A stretch of DNA of 64,000 nucleotides from the human T2T-CHM13v2.0 reference genome, Homo sapiens: the NCBI RefSeq assembly GCF_009914755.1, contig NC_060929.1. The stretch is one strand, 5' to 3'. The notes below the pieces were generated by a model. That model did not search any database, had not been told where the DNA came from, and was given only the letters and a program-made list of their open reading frames with translations. Positions 60,020 to 64,000 of this stretch are shown here, one piece after another; the first letter of the stretch is position 1, and each line of letters opens with the position of its first letter. The translations under genes and the position numbers were made by a program.

Positions 60020-61362
60020 TGTATTAGTCCATTCTCATGCTGCTATGAAGAAATCCCTGAGACTGGGTAATTCATAAAGAAAAGAGGTTTAATTGGTTCA
60101 GAGTTCCACATGGCTGGGAGGCCTCAGGAAACAATCACAGTGGAAGAATCTCTTTACAGGGCAGCAGGAGAGAGAATGAGTGCCAGCAGTGAAAATGCCA
60201 GAGGCTTATAAAACCATCAGATCTCATGAGAACTCACTCACCATCACAAGAACAGCATGAGGGAAACTGCTCCTGTGATTCAATTACTTCCACCTGGTTC
60301 CCCCCTTGACACATGGGGATTATTACAATTCAAGGTGAGATTTAGGTGGGGACACAGAGCCAAACCATATCATTCAACCCCTGGCCCCTCCCAAATCTCA
60401 TATCCTCACATTTCAAAATACAATCATGCCCTTCCAACAGACCCCCAAAGTCTTAACTCTTTCCAGCATTAACCCAAAAGTCAAAGTCCAAAGTCTCATC
60501 TGAGACAAGGCTAGTTCCTCTCGTCTATGAGCCTGTAAAATCAAAAGCAAGTTAGTTACTCCCTAGATACAGTGGAGGTACAGGCATTGAGTAAATACAC
60601 CCATTCCAAATGGGAGAAATTGGCCAAAACAAAAGGGCTACAGGCTTGATAAAAGTCTGAAATCCAACAGGGCAGTCATTAAGCCTTACATTTCCAAAAT
60701 GATCTCATTTGACTCCATGCCTCATGTCCAGGTTATGTTGATGCAAGAGGTGGTCTCCCATGGCATTGGGCAGCTCCAGCCTTGTGGCTTGGCAGGGTAC
60801 AGCCCGCCTCCTGGCTGCTTTCACAAGCTGGTGTTGAGTGCCTGCAGCTTTTCCAGGCACATAGTGCAAGCTGTCCATGGATATACCATTCTGGGGCCTG
60901 AAGGATGGTGACCATCTTCTCACAGCACCACTAGGCAGTGACCTACTGGTGACTCCATGTAGGGGCTTCAACCCTACGTTTCCCTTCTGCACTGCCCTAG
61001 CAGAGGTTCTCCATGAGGGCTCCACCCCTGCAGCAAACTTGTGCAGGGACATCTGGGTGTTTCCATACATCCTCTGAAACCTAGGTGGAGATTCCCAAAC
61101 TTCAATTCTTGACTTCTGTGCACCCACAGAGTCAACACCATGTGGAAGCCACCAAGGCTTGGGGCTTATACCCTCTGAAGTAATAGCCTGAGTTGTACCT
61201 TGGCCCCTTTTAGCCATGGCTGGAGCTGAAGCACTCACTATCATGAGAACAACATAGGAGAAACTGCCCTCATGATTAAATTACCTCCACTTAGTCTTTG
61301 ACACATGGGGATTTTTACAATTCAAGTGAGATTTTGGTGGGGCACAGAGCCAAACCATATCA
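60020..61362 (-). mobile_element. THE1 (C/D-like) element: 3' LTR 60020-60372, partial internal region 60373-~61231, partial 5' LTR ~61232-61362
   Basis: LTR termini tgtattagtcc / aaaccatatca; THE1-int sequence; perfect TSD CCTTT (60015-19, 61363-67). Confidence 0.92.
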
Positions 61363-61595
61363 CCTTTTATTCTGGTATGATTTTTTAGATGCTTCTTTTT
61401 TTGAAACCTACATCAGACATTATATTCTTTGTCTTCCAAGTCTTCCTTAGTCCCTTTTATTGTTTCTATAATGTTATTATTTTTCTTTTCATATTATTAG
61501 AGAGTTTCAAAAATTTCCCCACACATTACTGATTCAGTTCTCTGAAAAATCTTGAAGCTTTATATTGTTCAATCCCATGCTAGGAGTAATGTTTC

Positions 61596-61905
61596 TTTTT
61601 CTTTCCTTTTTTTTTTCTTTTTTGAGACAGAGTTTCACTCTTGTCACCTGGCTGGAGTGTAATGGTGCTATCTCAGCTCAATGCAACCTCCAATTCCTGG
61701 ATTCAAGTGATTCTCTTGCCTCAGCCTCCCAAGTAGCTGGGATTACAGGTGCCTGCCACCATACCCAGCTAATTTTTGTGTTTTTAGTAGAGATGGGGTT
61801 TCATCATGTTGGCAAGGCTTGTCTCAAACTCCTGATCTCAGATGATCTTGCCACCTTGGCCTCCCAAAGTGCTGGGATTACAGGCGTGTGCCACTGCACT
61901 CGGCC
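61596..61905 (-). mobile_element. AluS (Sq-like)
   Basis: Full dimer; TSD aatgtttct. Confidence 0.92.
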
Positions 61906-62369
61906 AAATGTTTCTGATGCCCTAAATTTCTCTGCTTAAGAAACTTGCCACACAAACCTAGCATTTCTGAACTTTCAAATATTGCTACTTGTTAGTGATA
62001 TTGGAGTATAACATCTGATTATTGTCTATTTCTTAAGAGTGAATTTTGAGTGGACTCTAAGTGGTACATTTAGTTTGATCCTCTCTCCCACCCATATATC
62101 TACTTTTTAAAAACCTATCAAATTCTAATTTATTGCCCTAAATTTCTTGTAACATTAGGCATTCTTTCCTATCTCCACAATTTTAAAACGTTAGTCATTA
62201 TTTTAATGGATACCTGTTTGGGGAAAATGGTGAGGAGGCAGGCAGAATTGAGATATAATATGAAAGTTAATTAAAATATTTGAATTATAAAAACAAATGA
62301 AAAACCAAGCCAATTTCAAACTTCTCACTAATAGTAATTCTCAGAAAGAAATGAACCTTTGTAGCAGCA

Positions 62370-62590
62370 CTACAGTGGTGTGTAAGAACATGGGCTCTGC
62401 TATAAAATCTCAATCCAAATCCTACAAGTTATTAGCTTTATGACCTCAGATGAGCTATGTATTCTTTCTATGTGGCATCACCAATAAATTAGGACAATTA
62501 TTAATACCTGCCTCACTGGATGAAAGAGTAGCTTAAATGATACTAAATACATAGACCACATAGCACAACACATCATAAATACCATGTCTT
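62370..62590 (+). mobile_element. MIR SINE
   Basis: taagaacatgggctctg...caaatcct...tatgacctcag...aatacctgcctcac...tagcaca. Confidence 0.6.
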
Positions 62591-63384
62591 ATTAAATATA
62601 AGATTTCAAGGGTGGTAAGGCACACCATTATTTTATCTACTACTAGTAAGACACAAAAGACTGCCAATTAAGCAGTGACATATGCCTTAATGATAATCCT
62701 GAGTGACAATCCATCACACCAGCTTCTCATTTGCTTTGAAATTAATTTAACCTACACCAAGGTTTTGGCAGTTTCTTATGTTTTCAATTGCATTCCTCTG
62801 AATGTTATAGGCAATATTTGTTCACATGTACCTATAAAATAAATAATTAATCGCGTGAGTCCTCTAGGGTTTTGTCCTTTCTTTGATAACATAAATCATG
62901 TTGTTTAATCGTTCCAAAAATACAAAAGAAGTATAATCATTCTTCCAACAATGAATGTGCCTGGATTTACATCAAATTATGTCTTTCTTCTGATCTATGA
63001 CATTTTTATTTTCAACATCTATATATTTAACTAATGAAATGTGTAATTATTTAGAAGGCATTTTATATGGCATTTAAACTCAATATATACAATAACATCA
63101 ATGCATATACTTAATTAAAATTATGACAAAAAATTGTGACCAAATTTGTGCATGTGTAACAAAACTGTCATAACTGTGCCACCCCAAATTGATTGTGTGA
63201 AGCTATTAATTACAAGTTTCATCAAAATTTCAGAGATATTCAAATATGAAAGAATGTACATTTTAAAATTGGTGGAATATTCTCAGTAAATATCAATTTG
63301 TATTATTGCAGATCATTGAGAGTGAAAGTTTGTGTTCATAAATATCCTGTACTCATTAAAATTTGTATCTTTTTGAAAAGCATC

Positions 63385-64000
63385 AGAAATATGTTCTGAT
63401 GAGCAAAAACTCAAAAAGTGTACCTAGCACATACCAGTTTTTATGAAACAGATTACCTGAAAATTATAATCTAGGATAAAACAACTGTGGTACAGCCATA
63501 CAATGGAACATTATTTAATAATAAAAGAAGAGATATCAATCCGCATGAAAAGACATGGTTGAACCATAAATGCACATTGCTAACTGAAAGAAGCCAGTAT
63601 GAAACAGTGGCATACTGTGTGATTCCAATTAAGTGTCCTGGAAAAGGTAACAAACAGTGAAAGTGGAAAGATCAGTGGTTACCAAGGGAGCAAGGTGAGG
63701 AAATTTGATTAGATAAAGCATAGGCTATTTCTTCACGGCAGTGAAACAGTTCTTTATACTACTGTAGTAGTGGATACATGGTATTATGTATTTATGAAAA
63801 TTGATAGAATGCTACAGTACAAATGATGAAAATAAAATATTTAGGGGGTCAAGGATCTCAGGAAGGAATGCATACTGTGATTAGAAAACCCTCCTGTATT
63901 GGAAATTTGTGAAATAATCTCACTACAGAGGATAAGTTGAAAGGTCTTGACGTAAGTAACTTTGAAAATGAGTGGAGTCTACACAACTAAAGACAAAAGG
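63385..64000 (+). mobile_element. L1MC (MC3-like) 3' region, running off the window
   Basis: actgtggtacagccatacaatggaa...gaaaagacatgg...gaaagaagccag...ggcagtgaaac...gtggatacatg. Confidence 0.8.

Noticed and set aside
60705-61244. 179-aa ORF
   Set aside because: It lies wholly within THE1 internal sequence and is a remnant MaLR frame, not a host gene.
62960-63285. Possible ancient Tigger-like MITE
   Set aside because: The terminal similarity is too degenerate to support by eye.

Overview
This is AT-rich primate (human-like) genomic DNA, intergenic or deep intronic and dominated by transposable elements. I found no host protein-coding exon, tRNA, rRNA or CRISPR array. The long ORFs in the track are LINE-1 ORF1/ORF2 remnants, or Alu, LTR and antisense artefacts. 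Main contents: an internal fragment of a young L1PA3/4 (6.9-9.3 kb, -); two full-length decayed L1PA8-class elements (11.6-18.1 kb, -; 47.9-54.35 kb, +), each nested in an older L1M; other old L1s; about 8 Alu or Alu-monomer copies; four THE1 (MaLR) insertions; MLT/LTR16 LTRs; MIRs; a MADE1 MITE; and microsatellites. I see no credible new biological system. The most unusual signals are mutational footprints: (1) a doubly truncated L1 flanked by a 9-bp direct repeat, (2) a 32-bp fold-back hairpin inside an L1MB, (3) a ~190-bp block copied about 970 bp upstream into the 5' end of an old L1, and (4) a probable L1PA8 3' transduction. Subfamily names come from recalled consensus sequences and need RepeatMasker/Dfam confirmation. 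The boundaries of old repeats are approximate.
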